Assembly (NCBI GenBank): GCA_963758915.1 | Contig: CAVWXH010000016.1 | Span: 288,001 to 352,000 of the forward strand | Direction: 5' to 3' | From: an uncultured Methanomicrobiales archaeon | Lineage (GTDB): Archaea; Halobacteriota; Methanomicrobia; Methanomicrobiales; Methanospirillaceae | Length of the DNA: 64,000 nucleotides | In this document: positions 1-11,430 of the stretch, piece after piece | How positions within the stretch are numbered: the first letter of the stretch is position 1 | Layout: every line of letters begins with the position of its first letter | Notes under the pieces: generated by a model | Database searches by the model: none | Told to the model about the DNA's origin: nothing | Seen by the model: only the letters and a program-made list of their open reading frames with translations | Made by a program: the position numbers and the translations under genes

Positions 1-2
1 AT

Positions 3-1922
3 GGGCCCGATGAAGCAGCTATCGCCGAAATTTTTCGTTCCGCCCATTCTCTTAAGGGCATGTCGGCAACGATGGGTTTTCAGCACATGGAGCGGGTCTG
101 TCACGCAATGGAGGACGTGTTCCAGCTAATCAGGAGTGGCCAGCTGGAAGTCCACCAGGACCTCGTTGACCTTCTCCTTGCTGCATCCGATGATATTGAA
201 CAGATGCTGGATGATATTGAGTCAGGGGGTCCTGGGACGATTGATAACCTCGAAGAACGGGTCCAGGTTCTCCTCGACTGGAAGGCGGATCAGCATCCAA
301 AGGGAAACCTGAAAGCGGAATCCCTGCAACCAGAAAATACGGCAACGCTCACCGCGCAAACCAGGGATGATGCCCTGCTGGAGGAGAAGGAAGGGCAGTA
401 CCAGATGCTGATAAGGCTCCGTGATGATTGTGACAGCATGAACCTGAGAGGAATGCTGCTGCTCCAGAACCTTGATCAATTTGGAACAATTATCCAGTGC
501 ATACCTGACCGGGCAATTGTCGAAGATGGCGTATTTGATGGCACCCTCAGGGTGGTTATCAGGAGCGATGCCGGGATTGATGCATTAAAAACAGCTGCTT
601 CGGTTTCTGATGTAAAGGAAGTCCTGTTCGGACCTGATATTGAACTGGACGAAGACGAGGCATTGCCAGGTCCCGCAGGTATTATCAAACCGGTCATCGT
701 TCCAGATACCCCGGGAGTCGGAACTGAGCATTCACCCGGGGTCTCAAAACTGGTTAAGGAAGAGCGGGTCGATAAAAGCAGGGAAGTCAAGAACATCCGG
801 GTAGATATAACGCGCCTTGACCAGATGATGAACCTGATAGAAGACCTTGTAATTAACCGGGGGAGACTGGCCCAGATTGCCCGGAAATTCCAGATAAAAG
901 AACTGGATGAGACCCTGAACATGGTAGGCCGGTCGGTTTCTGACCTGCAGAACCTGATGATGAATATCAGGATGATCCCCCTGTCCCACATATTTAACCG
1001 TTTCCCACGAACAGTCCGCGACCTTGCGCATAAGGAGCAGAAAGAGGTAGAGTTTACTATTGAAGGGGGCGACACAGAACTTGACCGCAGTATCATGGAT
1101 GGTCTTAACGACCCCTTGCTTCACCTTATCAGGAACGGGGTCGACCATGGGATCGAAAAACCGGAAATCCGGATTAGATCAGGGAAACCCGGTAAAGGGA
1201 AGTTGAACCTGATAGCAAGTCGTGATCGTGACAATGTTGTCATTGTCATTGAAGATGACGGGGCCGGGATAAATCGTGAAAAAGTAGCCAGAAAGGCAAT
1301 TGAACGTGGATTGATCACTGAACTGCAGGCGGCGGAAATGACCGATGAAGCAGTATATGAACTCCTGTTCCTGCCTGGTTTCTCTACCGCCGAAAAGATC
1401 ACCGATGTAAGCGGCAGAGGAGTGGGTCTGGATGTTGTCAGGACCGCCATAGATAACCTGAAAGGGACGATTAAAGTAGAATCCTTTCCCGGGAAAGGGT
1501 CACGGTTCGAACTGGTCCTCCCACCAACGATGGCCATCGTAAATGTAATCATGGTCAGGATCAATGGTCGTCGCTGTGCGATCCCGGTGAATAATGTTGT
1601 TGAAGTGGCCGGTCTTTCCGTGAGCAGGATACATCATATCGGAACACAGGAAGCAATAATGATGAGGGACGAAGTATTACCACTTGACAGGCTGGAAGAC
1701 ATGTTTGGAAAATCTGACAGGACTGAGATCCTTGTGGTCCTCCAGCACCAGAACAAAAAGCGAACGATTGCAGTCGATATGATTGAAGGTCAACAGGAGG
1801 TCGTTATTAAGCCCCTGAGTTCGATGATCGGAGGGTGCCGTGGGATAAGTGGGATTACAATTCCCGGCGATGGGGAAGTGGTACCCGTGCTGGACGTAAA
1901 TGCAATTGTTAAGGAGAACTGA
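3..1922 (+). CDS. cheA: Chemotaxis histidine kinase CheA (5' end lies upstream of the window)
   Basis: Frame is open from nt 3 and gives the Hpt motif IFRSAHSLKGMS. It also has the dimer region (IRVDITRLDQMMNL), HATPase motifs (HLIRNGVDHGIE, DDGAGI, PGFST, SGRGVGLDVV) and a C-terminal CheW domain. Confidence 0.97.
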   Translation, partial: GPDEAAIAEIFRSAHSLKGMSATMGFQHMERVCHAMEDVFQLIRSGQLEVHQDLVDLLLAASDDIEQMLDDIESGGPGTIDNLEERVQVLLDWKADQHPKGNLKAESLQPENTATLTAQTRDDALLEEKEGQYQMLIRLRDDCDSMNLRGMLLLQNLDQFGTIIQCIPDRAIVEDGVFDGTLRVVIRSDAGIDALKTAASVSDVKEVLFGPDIELDEDEALPGPAGIIKPVIVPDTPGVGTEHSPGVSKLVKEERVDKSREVKNIRVDITRLDQMMNLIEDLVINRGRLAQIARKFQIKELDETLNMVGRSVSDLQNLMMNIRMIPLSHIFNRFPRTVRDLAHKEQKEVEFTIEGGDTELDRSIMDGLNDPLLHLIRNGVDHGIEKPEIRIRSGKPGKGKLNLIASRDRDNVVIVIEDDGAGINREKVARKAIERGLITELQAAEMTDEAVYELLFLPGFSTAEKITDVSGRGVGLDVVRTAIDNLKGTIKVESFPGKGSRFELVLPPTMAIVNVIMVRINGRRCAIPVNNVVEVAGLSVSRIHHIGTQEAIMMRDEVLPLDRLEDMFGKSDRTEILVVLQHQNKKRTIAVDMIEGQQEVVIKPLSSMIGGCRGISGITIPGDGEVVPVLDVNAIVKEN

Positions 1923-1923
1923 A

Positions 1924-2541
1924 ATGAAACTGACACATGTACAGACAGATGCACTTCAGGAACTCGGAAATATCGGGGCAGCCCACGCGGCAACAACACT
2001 TTCCACAATGCTTTCAGCAAATATTTCGATGAGTGTGCCGGAAATCAAAGTCATTGATATTTCAGAAATATACAAATATGTGGGTGACGAGATAGCAGCA
2101 CTGGTGTTGTTCCAGGTAAATGGAGAAGTAAAACCCGGGGGCTATCTCCTGTTATATATCCCTAAACCATCTGTAATCCGCCTTACGAATGCCATGCTCG
2201 GATTAACAGATATGGACCGGGAACTTGACGAGATGGACAGGAGTGCCCTCCTGGAGGTTGGGAATATTATGGTCTCGGCATTCCTGGACGGCACTGCGGA
2301 ACTTTTGAATATTATCATGCTGCCCTCCCCGCCTCAACTTGTCATCGATATGCCACATGCTGCAATTCAAAGTATCCTTGCATCACAGGAATCGGAAGAT
2401 ATCGATGAAGTTGTACTGTTCAAAACAGCGATGGTAAGTGATGCCCATAACATCCAGAGCAGTATCTTCCTGTTCCCAAACCACCCCATGCTTGAGGATA
2501 TTATCCGGAGGCTTGAGGAAATCCTTAATCCCCCGACCTGA
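1924..2541 (+). CDS. cheC: CheY-P phosphatase CheC
   Basis: Two E-x-x-N motifs (ELGNIGAAHAAT, EVGNIM); lies between cheA and cheD; ATG at 1924. Confidence 0.93.
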   Translation: MKLTHVQTDALQELGNIGAAHAATTLSTMLSANISMSVPEIKVIDISEIYKYVGDEIAALVLFQVNGEVKPGGYLLLYIPKPSVIRLTNAMLGLTDMDRELDEMDRSALLEVGNIMVSAFLDGTAELLNIIMLPSPPQLVIDMPHAAIQSILASQESEDIDEVVLFKTAMVSDAHNIQSSIFLFPNHPMLEDIIRRLEEILNPPT

Positions 2542-2557
2542 AAGGAAATAAGATGCC

Positions 2558-3046
2558 ATGAGTCTGATGCCCCCTGGAAACGATACGGTTATAATTGGTA
2601 TCGGTGAGTACCAGGTAGGTTCAATGCCCATGGCATCAATCGGGCTGGGTTCATGCGTCGGTCTCGTTATCCATGACCGGCAAACGGGTACCGGGGCTCT
2701 CGTTCATATCATGCTGCCATCATCACACGGGAAAACAGACCGGCCGGGAAAATATGCCGATAGTGCAATTGAAATACTGATTAAAGAATTAATTAAAAAA
2801 GGAAGCTCCCCTGCCAACCTGATTGCGAAAATAGCTGGCGGTTCGGCGATGTTCAAGACGTTTTCAGGAAATTTAAATATCGGTGAGCGAAACATCGAGG
2901 TGATCAGGAAACTCCTAAAGGAACAAAAAATTCCCGTTAAAGGGGAAGATGTCGGTGGATGCGTCGGTCGTACTATTTTCTATTATCCAAAGGAAAATGG
3001 CAAACTGGTCATTAAAAGAGGTGACGGGACATTCAATGAACTATAG
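2558..3046 (+). CDS. cheD: Chemoreceptor glutamine deamidase CheD
   Basis: GLGSCVG, HIMLP, KYAD, KIAGG, IGERN and DVGG motifs; follows cheC. Confidence 0.95.
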   Translation: MSLMPPGNDTVIIGIGEYQVGSMPMASIGLGSCVGLVIHDRQTGTGALVHIMLPSSHGKTDRPGKYADSAIEILIKELIKKGSSPANLIAKIAGGSAMFKTFSGNLNIGERNIEVIRKLLKEQKIPVKGEDVGGCVGRTIFYYPKENGKLVIKRGDGTFNEL

Positions 3047-3060
3047 GGCTTTGTTGAAAC
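3047..3060 (+). repeat. Solo left terminal inverted repeat of the dispersed MITE-like element
   Basis: GGCTTTGTTGAAAC is identical to the left ends at 16754, 26454 and 42671, but the internal sequence does not follow. Confidence 0.5.
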
Positions 3061-3160
3061 GCATTCAAATCTATTTTGCAGATTCTTTTTAAAACAGGCA
3101 GGATTTCACTAAAATAATACAGGTGTATTTTCCCGGGGGTGTTTCCGTTATCAGAAATTA

Positions 3161-3706
3161 TTACATTATAAATACGGCAGCTGCAATAACCGTTGTCCAT
3201 AACCCGCTTTTCTCGCCTTGAGCAGACTGGCATATATGGGTTGTCCTGAATATTTTTCCGCTGGCCATGTAGATCTGTTCCCGTTCCTGCCATGCCTGAT
3301 TAATATCAAACTCAATACCGAATGTTGTTGCAAGCATGGTTGCCGCAAGGTCTTCTGCATATTCTCCGGTCTGTTCAGAAGTTTCACCATAAGCGTGGTG
3401 TTCAGAGAGGTACCCGTATTCCTGTGTATCTTTGGGGAGCGCAAGGCCTATCGCTGCGGATATTAAACGGTTTGGCTCGTTAGTCTCATTCTTTGCCATT
3501 ACTACATAGGTGATCTCACCGGCCTGGAGAAGTTGCAGCCCTTCTTCAACCGAGAGCTGCTTGCAGTTTGGTGGAAAAATTGAGGAAACGTAGACGAGGT
3601 TACACTTTTCTATGCCCGCCTTTCGAAGTGCCAGCTCAAATGAAGCAAGGCGGTCTTTATGCATACCGAACCCGCGTGTAAAAAATATTTTTTTCGGAAC
3701 AGCCAT
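3161..3706 (-). CDS. pdaD: Pyruvoyl-dependent arginine decarboxylase
   Basis: [33 protein letters not shown] (Ser-Ser self-cleavage site), GYLSEHH and [10 protein letters not shown]. Confidence 0.93.
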   Translation of the reverse strand: MAVPKKIFFTRGFGMHKDRLASFELALRKAGIEKCNLVYVSSIFPPNCKQLSVEEGLQLLQAGEITYVVMAKNETNEPNRLISAAIGLALPKDTQEYGYLSEHHAYGETSEQTGEYAEDLAATMLATTFGIEFDINQAWQEREQIYMASGKIFRTTHICQSAQGEKSGLWTTVIAAAVFIM

Positions 3707-4032
3707 AGAGCTTTTTTTGATTTATGTGGTTTTTAATCTTTCTTTCCTGGAAAAATAGGATACATGCTTAACCAGGTATGCGACCGTGACAAAATATTAC
3801 GTGAATACCATAACAGGGGGATAAATGTTCTTTTTTATGTCAGGAAGCAGATGATAGTTGCTGGAGAGTGCCGGAAGAAGAAAAGATGCCGGAAAGAATT
3901 ATTGGCTATAACTTCCGGGATAATGGTTATGTCTTGCTTTGAAATTTACTGGCGGGTATAACAAATATTTAAGCAATGGCCTCAATAATAATAGTACTGA
4001 AATTGTATTCAGTACATCACAAGGAGGATTTA

Positions 4033-4854
4033 ATGAAAAACGGAAAAAGTTTACTCTGTATTCTATCTGTCTTTCTGGTGCTTGCAACACTCAGCATCAG
4101 TGTGACGGCAGATGGAGTGAACCAGACCACTGAAATTCAGGGTATTACAACCAGTACCTATATTGATGTTGTTGGAATGGCGAGTAACACTGTTGAACTC
4201 GCATGGACTTCCAGCAGTGGATCAATCCAGGACAATCCCCCGCTTTCGGATGGGAATAGTCCAGACTACGGTATACTCTGAAAACACCAATGCGATGAAC
4301 GGGCACACCGTATATGTTAAGGATTTCAGTGTCAATACCGGCAACCAGGTCATTGGACAGAGCAATGTCGAATCATCACCGTCAGATCACATTTGAGGGG
4401 TATGATGGTGGAAATATGGTCTCTGACGAGAGCCTGCTTAATCGATACTGCGGGTAATCCAACATCGGCTGCAGGACAGTTCCTCTGTCCGTTTGGTGCA
4501 TCCGGGACCAGCACTCTCCCTGCATTCTGTAACATCGTACAGGCCGGAAGCCATATTGACAGTACGATTATCTCGCTCTCGACACAGGCATCCAGCCGGA
4601 CCGTTATGGCAACAGCAGATGTCCCGGTTGCATTGACTTATAGTATCAATGCCCACGGGGTTAATACGGCAAATGGTGTTATTCCGGCCCAGGGATTAGT
4701 CTCCGCATACATGAAAGTACACCTGCAGGGAGGAAGTGGAAACACAACCACCAAGGCGTCAGATCTTACGTATGAAGATAAATCTTCGGTAAACGGAATT
4801 ATTAATTCCTTTACAAAGTCCTATGCCTACCAGTCAGGGGCAAAGATGTTATGA
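4033..4854 (+). pseudogene. Secreted beta-rich protein resembling the Methanospirillum-type sheath protein family, interrupted by three +1 frameshifts (~4253, ~4378, ~4440)
   Basis: AGGAGG RBS at 4022 and a signal peptide. Four consecutive frame segments join into one protein (QGITTST..ELAW / IVQTTVYSE..VKDFSVNTGNQVIGQSNV / RQITFEGYDGGNMVSDESLL / IDTAGN..LCPFG..PAFCNIVQAGS..YQSG). The family call is from memory; the frameshifts may be sequencing errors. Confidence 0.6.
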
Positions 4855-4906
4855 GAACAGAATCCTGAGAATTCGCAGTCGCGATTATTCGGGGAAAATA
4901 ATCCTC

Positions 4907-4919
4907 CTTTTTTTTTTTT
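4907..4919 (+). terminator. Oligo-T archaeal terminator candidate
   Basis: Long T run about 50 nt after the stop at 4854. Confidence 0.4.
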
Positions 4920-5045
4920 ATCTATTAATACTCCTGATATCCTGCAGGGATCTGGTGCAGATAAAATTTGCATCCTCTTGTGTCCTGATTCTTTGTCTCC
5001 TGCAACATCGTTAATAAGTTGCCGGACACATTAAATATGGAAATC

Positions 5046-6101
5046 ATGAAGGCAGTTCTTGGTCTGGAAGATGGGACATACGTGACTGGTGAAGGGTTCG
5101 GGGTTGAAGGAGAGTGCAGGGGAGAACTCGTTTTCTCAACCCAGATGACCGGTTACATGGAAGCCCTCACCGACCCGAGCTATTTTGGACAAATGCTGCT
5201 TTTCACGTACCCTCTTATTGGGAATTATGGTGTTGACCTGCAAAATTTCCAGGCAAAAAAACCATGGGCGCTCGCTTGTCTTGCCCGTGAAATATGTGCT
5301 GCACCTTCCACTGGTATACCCATGCTCCGCTATTTTGAAGATAACGGCCTGCTTGGGATGAGTGGTATCGATACACGAATGCTTACTATCAAAACTCGGG
5401 TCATGGGGACGCTCAGGGCTGCCCTGGTTACCGGTGATGATAATGGCGAATATGCTGTTGAGCGTGCAGCAACAGCCCCGCAGATTTCAGATGAAGATCT
5501 TATCCCGGCCGTCTCCTGTAAAGAACCATATCGTGTTGAGGGCCGGGGAAAACGTATAGCGGTAATTGACCTCGGAATAAAGAAAAATATGGTAATAAGT
5601 CTGCGGAAACGTGACGCAGATGTGTATGTATACCCTTATAATGCAGGCACTTCCGACATTCTTGAATGCAAACCTGATGCACTATTTATCAGCAACGGGC
5701 CCGGGGACCCTGTCCATGCGACCCATGCAATACAATGTGTGGATGAACTTTCTGGTGACCTTCCAATTTTTGGGATCTGCATGGGTAACCAGGTCTGTGG
5801 ACTTGCTCTCGGCGCCAAAACCTATAAAATGAAATTCGGGCACAGAGGTACAAACCAGCCTGTCAGGAATAGTGACGGGAAGATCTATATCACGACCCAG
5901 AACCACGGCTATGCCGTTGCTGCAGATACCCTTCCTGAAGGGTGCCGGGTCTCGTTTGAAAATGTGAATGACGGGACTCTTGAAGGGTTTACGAACGATG
6001 ATCTTAACGTGACCACTGTCCAATTCCATCCCGAGGCGCATGGAGGTCCGCGGGACACTGAGGCTTATTTTTTTGATTCAATGTTCCGGAGGATCTCCTG
6101 A
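5046..6101 (+). CDS. carA: Carbamoyl-phosphate synthase small subunit
   Basis: MKAVLGLEDG, TGYMEALTDPSY, SNGPGDP, GICMGNQ, FGHRGTNQPV, QNHGYAV and QFHPEA. Start is 5037 or 5046. Confidence 0.97.
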   Translation: MKAVLGLEDGTYVTGEGFGVEGECRGELVFSTQMTGYMEALTDPSYFGQMLLFTYPLIGNYGVDLQNFQAKKPWALACLAREICAAPSTGIPMLRYFEDNGLLGMSGIDTRMLTIKTRVMGTLRAALVTGDDNGEYAVERAATAPQISDEDLIPAVSCKEPYRVEGRGKRIAVIDLGIKKNMVISLRKRDADVYVYPYNAGTSDILECKPDALFISNGPGDPVHATHAIQCVDELSGDLPIFGICMGNQVCGLALGAKTYKMKFGHRGTNQPVRNSDGKIYITTQNHGYAVAADTLPEGCRVSFENVNDGTLEGFTNDDLNVTTVQFHPEAHGGPRDTEAYFFDSMFRRIS

Positions 6102-9100
6102 TGCCCAGGCTCCCGCACATTAAAAAAGTGCTCCTGATAGGGTCCGGGCCAATCCAGATCGGACAGGCGGCCGAGTTTGACTTCTCCGGTTCCCAGGCCT
6201 GCCGGGCCCTGCGTGAAGAGGGGGTTAAGGTTGTCCTCGTAAATTCCAACCCGGCCACTATTCAGACCGACCCTGATATGGCAGACGAGGTATATATCGA
6301 GCCTCTCAGGGCAGATATTATTGCAAAAATTATAGAAAAAGAGCGCCCTGATGGAATTCTTTCCGGGATGGGAGGGCAGACCGGGCTGAATATGACCGCG
6401 GAACTTGCAGAACGGGGTGCATTACAAGGTGTTGAAATCCTCGGGACCCCGCTTGAAGCAATTTACCAGGGAGAAGACCGCGAAAAATTCCGCGAGCTGA
6501 TGAAAAAGATCGGTGAACCCGTCCCCATCAGTTATATCCTCAATGATATCAGGCAGATTGAAGAGGCGTTACAATGTGTCGGGCTTCCGGCGATTATCCG
6601 GCCCGCTTATACTCTTGGTGGTGCAGGGGGCGGTATTGCACAGACGAAGGAAGAACTCGTCCGGATCACAGAATCCGGGTTGAACCGATCGCGAATCCGC
6701 CAGGTCCTCATTGAACAGAGTGTCCAGGGCTGGAAAGAAATTGAATTTGAAGTGATGAGGGACGCATCTGACACCTGCGTCATCATCTGCGGGATGGAGA
6801 ATGTTGACCCGATGGGCATTCATACAGGTGAAAGTGTCGTCGTTGCCCCGATCCTGACGCTCAGGGACGATGAATTCCAGATGATGCGTTCTGCTGCCAT
6901 TAAGATCATCCGTGCCCTCGATGTCCAGGGCGGTTGCAATATCCAGTTTGCTTTTAAGGAAGGTGATTACCGGGTAATTGAAGTTAATCCGCGTGTTTCC
7001 CGATCTTCTGCGCTCGCCTCAAAGGCTACCGGGTACCCTATCGCCCGTGTTGCAGCGAAAATTGCAATTGGTCTCCGTCTCGATGAAATTACGAACAGTG
7101 TCACCGGCTGCACCATGGCATCATTTGAACCGTCAATTGATTATATCGTGGTCAAAGTGCCACGGTGGCCATTTGACAAATTCAAGAGTGCTGACAGGAC
7201 CCTCACAACTGCCATGAAAAGTACCGGGGAAATAATGGCCATAGGCCGCACACTGGAAGAGGCCTTCAAAAAAGCTCTCAGGTCGGTTGATACCGATGTA
7301 ACGGTCCATACAAACCCGAGCGAGATTAGGATGATCCTGTCCCGCCCGACTGATGAACGGTTTGCCTGCCTGTTCGATGCATTCCGCCAGGGTTTCACAG
7401 CGGAAGAAATTTTCAACCTGACGAAAATCACACCATTTTTCCTCGAAAAAATTAAAAATATTGTCGAAATGGAACAGTCCCTCGCGGTAAATGCCAGCAT
7501 CGGGGATATCAGGCGTGCCAAAATTTACGGGTTCTCAAACCTTGAACTCAAAGAATTAACCGGAAAGAGCTGGAAAGAGATAGAAAAAATTACTGGTTCT
7601 CCGACCTACAAAATGGTCGATACCTGTGCCGCAGAATTCCCTGCAACGACTCCCTATTTCTACTCGACGTGGGATACCGAGAGCGAGATAATTCCTGATA
7701 ATAAACAGAAAGTGCTTATCATTGGCTCCGGGCCCATCAGGATCGGGCAGGGAATTGAATTTGATTACTGCACGGTCCATGCGGTGATGGCGCTCCGTGA
7801 AGCGGGTGTTATTGTCCATATTGTCAATAACAACCCCGAGACCGTTTCTACTGATTCAGATACATCAGACCGGTTGTTCTTCGAGCCGATGCAACTTGAA
7901 GATATCATGAACATCATCAAATCTGACAATTATTACGGCGTTATGGTCCAGTTTGGCGGACAGAATTCTGTTAATCTTGCAGTCCCGATTGAAAAAGAAA
8001 TAAAAAGGCTTAAATTAACTACAAAAATACTCGGTACTTCACCGGATGCGATGGATATCGCAGAAGACCGTGACAGGTTCAGTCTTCTCCTCGATAAGCT
8101 GGACATCCCGGCACCCCCCAATTCTTCAGCATTCTCTGCCGAAGAGGCCCGCGCGAAAGCAAAAAAAATCGGCTATCCCGTGCTCGTGCGTCCTTCCTAT
8201 GTACTCGGCGGACGTGCGATGGAGATTGTCCACGATGAGACTGAACTTGATACGTACATGAAAGAAGCTGTCAGGGTCAGCCGGAACCATCCCGTGTTGA
8301 TCGATTCATTCCTCCAGAACGCAATTGAACTTGATGTAGATGCAGTCTGTGACGGGAGCGAGGTACTTATTGGGGGGATCATGGAGCATATCGAGGAAGC
8401 GGGTGTTCATAGTGGTGATTCGGCCTGCGTGATACCTACACAATCCCTTTCAAAATCTGTCCTCTCCAGGGTAAGGGACTATACCAGGAAAATTGCGCTT
8501 GGACTCGGTGTGGTGGGAATGGTAAATCTCCAGCTGGCCGTTAAAAATGATATCGTGTATGTCCTCGAGGCAAACCCGAGAGCCAGCAGGACTGTGCCGT
8601 TTGTGAGCAAGGCTACCGGCATTCCCCTGGCAAAAATTGCCGCCAAAACGATGATGGGAAAGAAACTGTCAGAACTCGGGTACAAGGAACGGGACATTAA
8701 GCATGTCGCGGTGAAAGAAGTCCTCCTCCCGTTCAACAAGTTACCGGGTGTTGATACGGTACTTGGTCCCGAAATGAAGAGTACCGGTGAGGTGATGGGG
8801 ATCGATTACGATTTCGGCCGTGCATATTACAAAGCAAGTATTTCGGCTGACAACGAACTCCCCATGGAGGGCAATGTATTCATTTCCGTATCAAATGAAC
8901 AAAAAGACGAAGCAATTGCTATATCACGGAAACTGAAAGGACTAGGGCTTACATTATACGGTACATCGGGGACTGTTGAATACCTTACACAGGCAGGTAT
9001 TGAAGCCAACCTTGTCCGGAAGGTGCAGGAAGGGTCGCCAAACGTGATTGACCTGCTCAGGAGGGGCGAGATCCGTCTCATTATCAATACCCCGAAAGGG

Positions 9101-9265
9101 AAGCAGTCAAGGCAGGACCATTACCAGATAATGCGTGCTGCGGTTGATTATGCCGTCCCGTACATCACCACGCTCCAGGCAGCAAAAGCCGCAGCGCTTG
9201 CGATCGATGCGATGAAAAGAGAGAAGATAACGCTCGAACCTATCAGTCATTATATCGGAGTGTAA
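6101..9265 (+). CDS. carB: Carbamoyl-phosphate synthase large subunit
   Basis: Duplicated ATP-grasp halves ([17 protein letters not shown]; [16 protein letters not shown]), [10 protein letters not shown] and a C-terminal MGS domain; overlaps the carA stop. Confidence 0.98.
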   Translation: MPRLPHIKKVLLIGSGPIQIGQAAEFDFSGSQACRALREEGVKVVLVNSNPATIQTDPDMADEVYIEPLRADIIAKIIEKERPDGILSGMGGQTGLNMTAELAERGALQGVEILGTPLEAIYQGEDREKFRELMKKIGEPVPISYILNDIRQIEEALQCVGLPAIIRPAYTLGGAGGGIAQTKEELVRITESGLNRSRIRQVLIEQSVQGWKEIEFEVMRDASDTCVIICGMENVDPMGIHTGESVVVAPILTLRDDEFQMMRSAAIKIIRALDVQGGCNIQFAFKEGDYRVIEVNPRVSRSSALASKATGYPIARVAAKIAIGLRLDEITNSVTGCTMASFEPSIDYIVVKVPRWPFDKFKSADRTLTTAMKSTGEIMAIGRTLEEAFKKALRSVDTDVTVHTNPSEIRMILSRPTDERFACLFDAFRQGFTAEEIFNLTKITPFFLEKIKNIVEMEQSLAVNASIGDIRRAKIYGFSNLELKELTGKSWKEIEKITGSPTYKMVDTCAAEFPATTPYFYSTWDTESEIIPDNKQKVLIIGSGPIRIGQGIEFDYCTVHAVMALREAGVIVHIVNNNPETVSTDSDTSDRLFFEPMQLEDIMNIIKSDNYYGVMVQFGGQNSVNLAVPIEKEIKRLKLTTKILGTSPDAMDIAEDRDRFSLLLDKLDIPAPPNSSAFSAEEARAKAKKIGYPVLVRPSYVLGGRAMEIVHDETELDTYMKEAVRVSRNHPVLIDSFLQNAIELDVDAVCDGSEVLIGGIMEHIEEAGVHSGDSACVIPTQSLSKSVLSRVRDYTRKIALGLGVVGMVNLQLAVKNDIVYVLEANPRASRTVPFVSKATGIPLAKIAAKTMMGKKLSELGYKERDIKHVAVKEVLLPFNKLPGVDTVLGPEMKSTGEVMGIDYDFGRAYYKASISADNELPMEGNVFISVSNEQKDEAIAISRKLKGLGLTLYGTSGTVEYLTQAGIEANLVRKVQEGSPNVIDLLRRGEIRLIINTPKGKQSRQDHYQIMRAAVDYAVPYITTLQAAKAAALAIDAMKREKITLEPISHYIGV

Positions 9266-9269
9266 TTCT

Positions 9270-10472
9270 ATGGGAAAAGGAACAGTTGTACTTGCATACA
9301 GTGGCGGGCTTGACACCTCGATCTGTATTCCACTCCTGCGGGAGGACTATCATTATGACCGGGTAGTTACCGTAGCCGTCAACGTCGGCCAGCGGGACGA
9401 AGAGATTGCGGTTGCGACAGAGAAAGGTAACCGGTTCGCCGATAAACATTATACCCTCGATGTCCGTGAAAAATTTGTTCATGATTACCTTTTCCCTGCT
9501 ATAAAGGCAAACGGTTCATACGAGGGTTACCCAATGGGGACTTCACTGGCCCGGCCACTGATTGCAGAGGAGGTTGTGGCTGTTGCCCGGAAAGAAGGTG
9601 CAACGGCGATAGGTCATGGCTGCACGGGAAAGGGGAACGACCAGCTCAGGTTCGATTTCATCATCAGGAGTGCTGGTCTTGAAGTTATTGCCCCAATCCG
9701 GGAGAAAAACCTCACGCGTGACTGGGAGATTGAATATGCGAAGAAACATAATATCCCCGTACCGGTCGCGAAAGATAAACCATGGAGCATGGACGAGAAC
9801 TGCTGGAGCAGGAGTATTGAAGGGGGGAGACTTGAAGACCCGTCGTACCATACCCCCGAAGAAATTTACCTCTGGACTGTTGCCCCGGAGAATGCACCCG
9901 ATTCAACTGAAAATGTAACGATACAGTTCGAATCTGGTGTTCCGGTCGCCCTTAATGGTACCAGGATGAACGGGTATGACCTTATACAGAAGCTGAACCT
10001 GATTGCGGGTAACAACGGGATAGGCCGGAATGATATGATCGAAGACCGGATTCTTGGCCTGAAAGCAAGAGAGGTCTATGAGCACCCTGCAGCAAGCACC
10101 CTGCTCTTCGCCCACCATGATCTCGAACGCCTCGTTCTTACCAGGGCAGAACTCCAGTTCAAACAGATGGTCGATGAAAAGTGGTCGGAACTTGCCTACA
10201 TGGGCCTCGTCCATGAGCCCCTGTTTCATGCACTGAATGCATTCATCGACACAACCCAGGAACGGATGAACGGGACAGTTGAACTTGCACTCTATAAAGG
10301 CAGTATTCGTGTATTAGGACGTTCCTCCCCGGATGGCATTTATTCTGATGACCTGGTCTCGTTCGACAGCAGTTCTATTGACCAGTGTCATGCCATCGGG
10401 GTATCCCATTATTATGGCATGCAGGCACGCCTGGTAATGCAGAAAAAACAGGCACGCCTCGCTAAAAAATAG
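9270..10472 (+). CDS. argG: Argininosuccinate synthase
   Basis: [37 protein letters not shown] and GLKAREVYE. Confidence 0.98.
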   Translation: MGKGTVVLAYSGGLDTSICIPLLREDYHYDRVVTVAVNVGQRDEEIAVATEKGNRFADKHYTLDVREKFVHDYLFPAIKANGSYEGYPMGTSLARPLIAEEVVAVARKEGATAIGHGCTGKGNDQLRFDFIIRSAGLEVIAPIREKNLTRDWEIEYAKKHNIPVPVAKDKPWSMDENCWSRSIEGGRLEDPSYHTPEEIYLWTVAPENAPDSTENVTIQFESGVPVALNGTRMNGYDLIQKLNLIAGNNGIGRNDMIEDRILGLKAREVYEHPAASTLLFAHHDLERLVLTRAELQFKQMVDEKWSELAYMGLVHEPLFHALNAFIDTTQERMNGTVELALYKGSIRVLGRSSPDGIYSDDLVSFDSSSIDQCHAIGVSHYYGMQARLVMQKKQARLAKK

Positions 10473-10514
10473 GATATCTATCTGCTCTTTTTTTTACCAG
10501 GAATAAAAATTCTC

Positions 10515-10733
10515 AGACAGGAGGTGGTTTCACCCCCTCCCTGCCCCACCCCCGATAAGATATTCATTGGCAGGGTTCAATTGGGATATTCAAGGAAATT
10601 TCAGAGATTTGTAGGTCATTCCCTATCCCAACCGGGGCCGCCAAAGCGGCGGGGCGGAGCCCAGGCCGCGTAAGTAAACTTCAGGAACCAATTAAGACCA
10701 GTAAGGTGGATTTTAGAGGAAATTTACAGGGCC
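10515..10733 (+). mobile_element. MITE-like dispersed repeat, copy A (left end missing)
   Basis: Shares AGACAGGAG..TTTCACCCCCTCCCTGCCCCACCCCC..AAGATATTC..GGCAGGG, TTCAGAG and CTATCCCAACCGGGG.CGCCAAAGCGGCGGG with the other copies; degenerate right end AATTTACAGGGCC. Confidence 0.8.
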
Positions 10734-10772
10734 GTAGTATCTGAAAATAAAGATATGGAAAAAATTATGGTT

Positions 10773-11177
10773 TTAAAGCACTTTGTTGCCTGCCCCTGGC
10801 CCGGGAAGACAACTGTATACTTCGGTGATCTTCATAATTACCAGAGATTTTGCAGGAGCATCTGGTTTCTTATCGACAACCATTTTTTTCATCTTTTCAT
10901 AATCCGGGCCATTGGTTTTTATTTCAGTTGATCCCTTGACCTGGAAACATTTTTTGTTATCCGCGTCCCAGATGTACAAGGCGACCTTAGGGTTTTCCCT
11001 GAGATTTGTAATGGTCTTGTTCATGTAATTGTCTGCTATCCATATCGTGTCATCATGAACGAGGACGACGAATGCGATGGGGGCCACATTCGGGATCCCT
11101 GTCTTTGACGATGTTGCAACCGGAAACAGCTTGATTTTTCCGAATGTCTCTTTAATTTCTGCGGTTAATGCTACCAT
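10773..11177 (-). CDS. Pyridoxamine 5'-phosphate oxidase-like FMN-binding protein
   Basis: VATSSKTGIPNVAP, IADNYMNKTITNLRENPKVAL and FQVKG motifs. Confidence 0.85.
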   Translation of the reverse strand: MVALTAEIKETFGKIKLFPVATSSKTGIPNVAPIAFVVLVHDDTIWIADNYMNKTITNLRENPKVALYIWDADNKKCFQVKGSTEIKTNGPDYEKMKKMVVDKKPDAPAKSLVIMKITEVYSCLPGPGAGNKVL

Positions 11178-11430
11178 ATCCTATCCTTCCCGGACGACCA
11201 TAATTAAGGCCGTTGTATTCCATTTATACGTATTTCTTTTATGCTTTTTGATACGGATTCGAAGACACGGCCCTTGTCTTATGGAAACTGGTATTGATGA
11301 TGTCATGTTGAAAGCCAGGAGAGATCAGACGGTAGTATGCTCCTGGTTTTTCCAGGGTCAGCGATGGCTGATGATGCCTGCAGTCCTGTCCCGAAGGTGC
11401 TATCTTGCAGTATTTCAACTATATAGTACG

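Noticed and set aside
11077-11430. N-terminal extension of the ROK ORF
   Set aside because: It overlaps the divergent FMN-binding gene; the ROK motif starts at ATG 11431.
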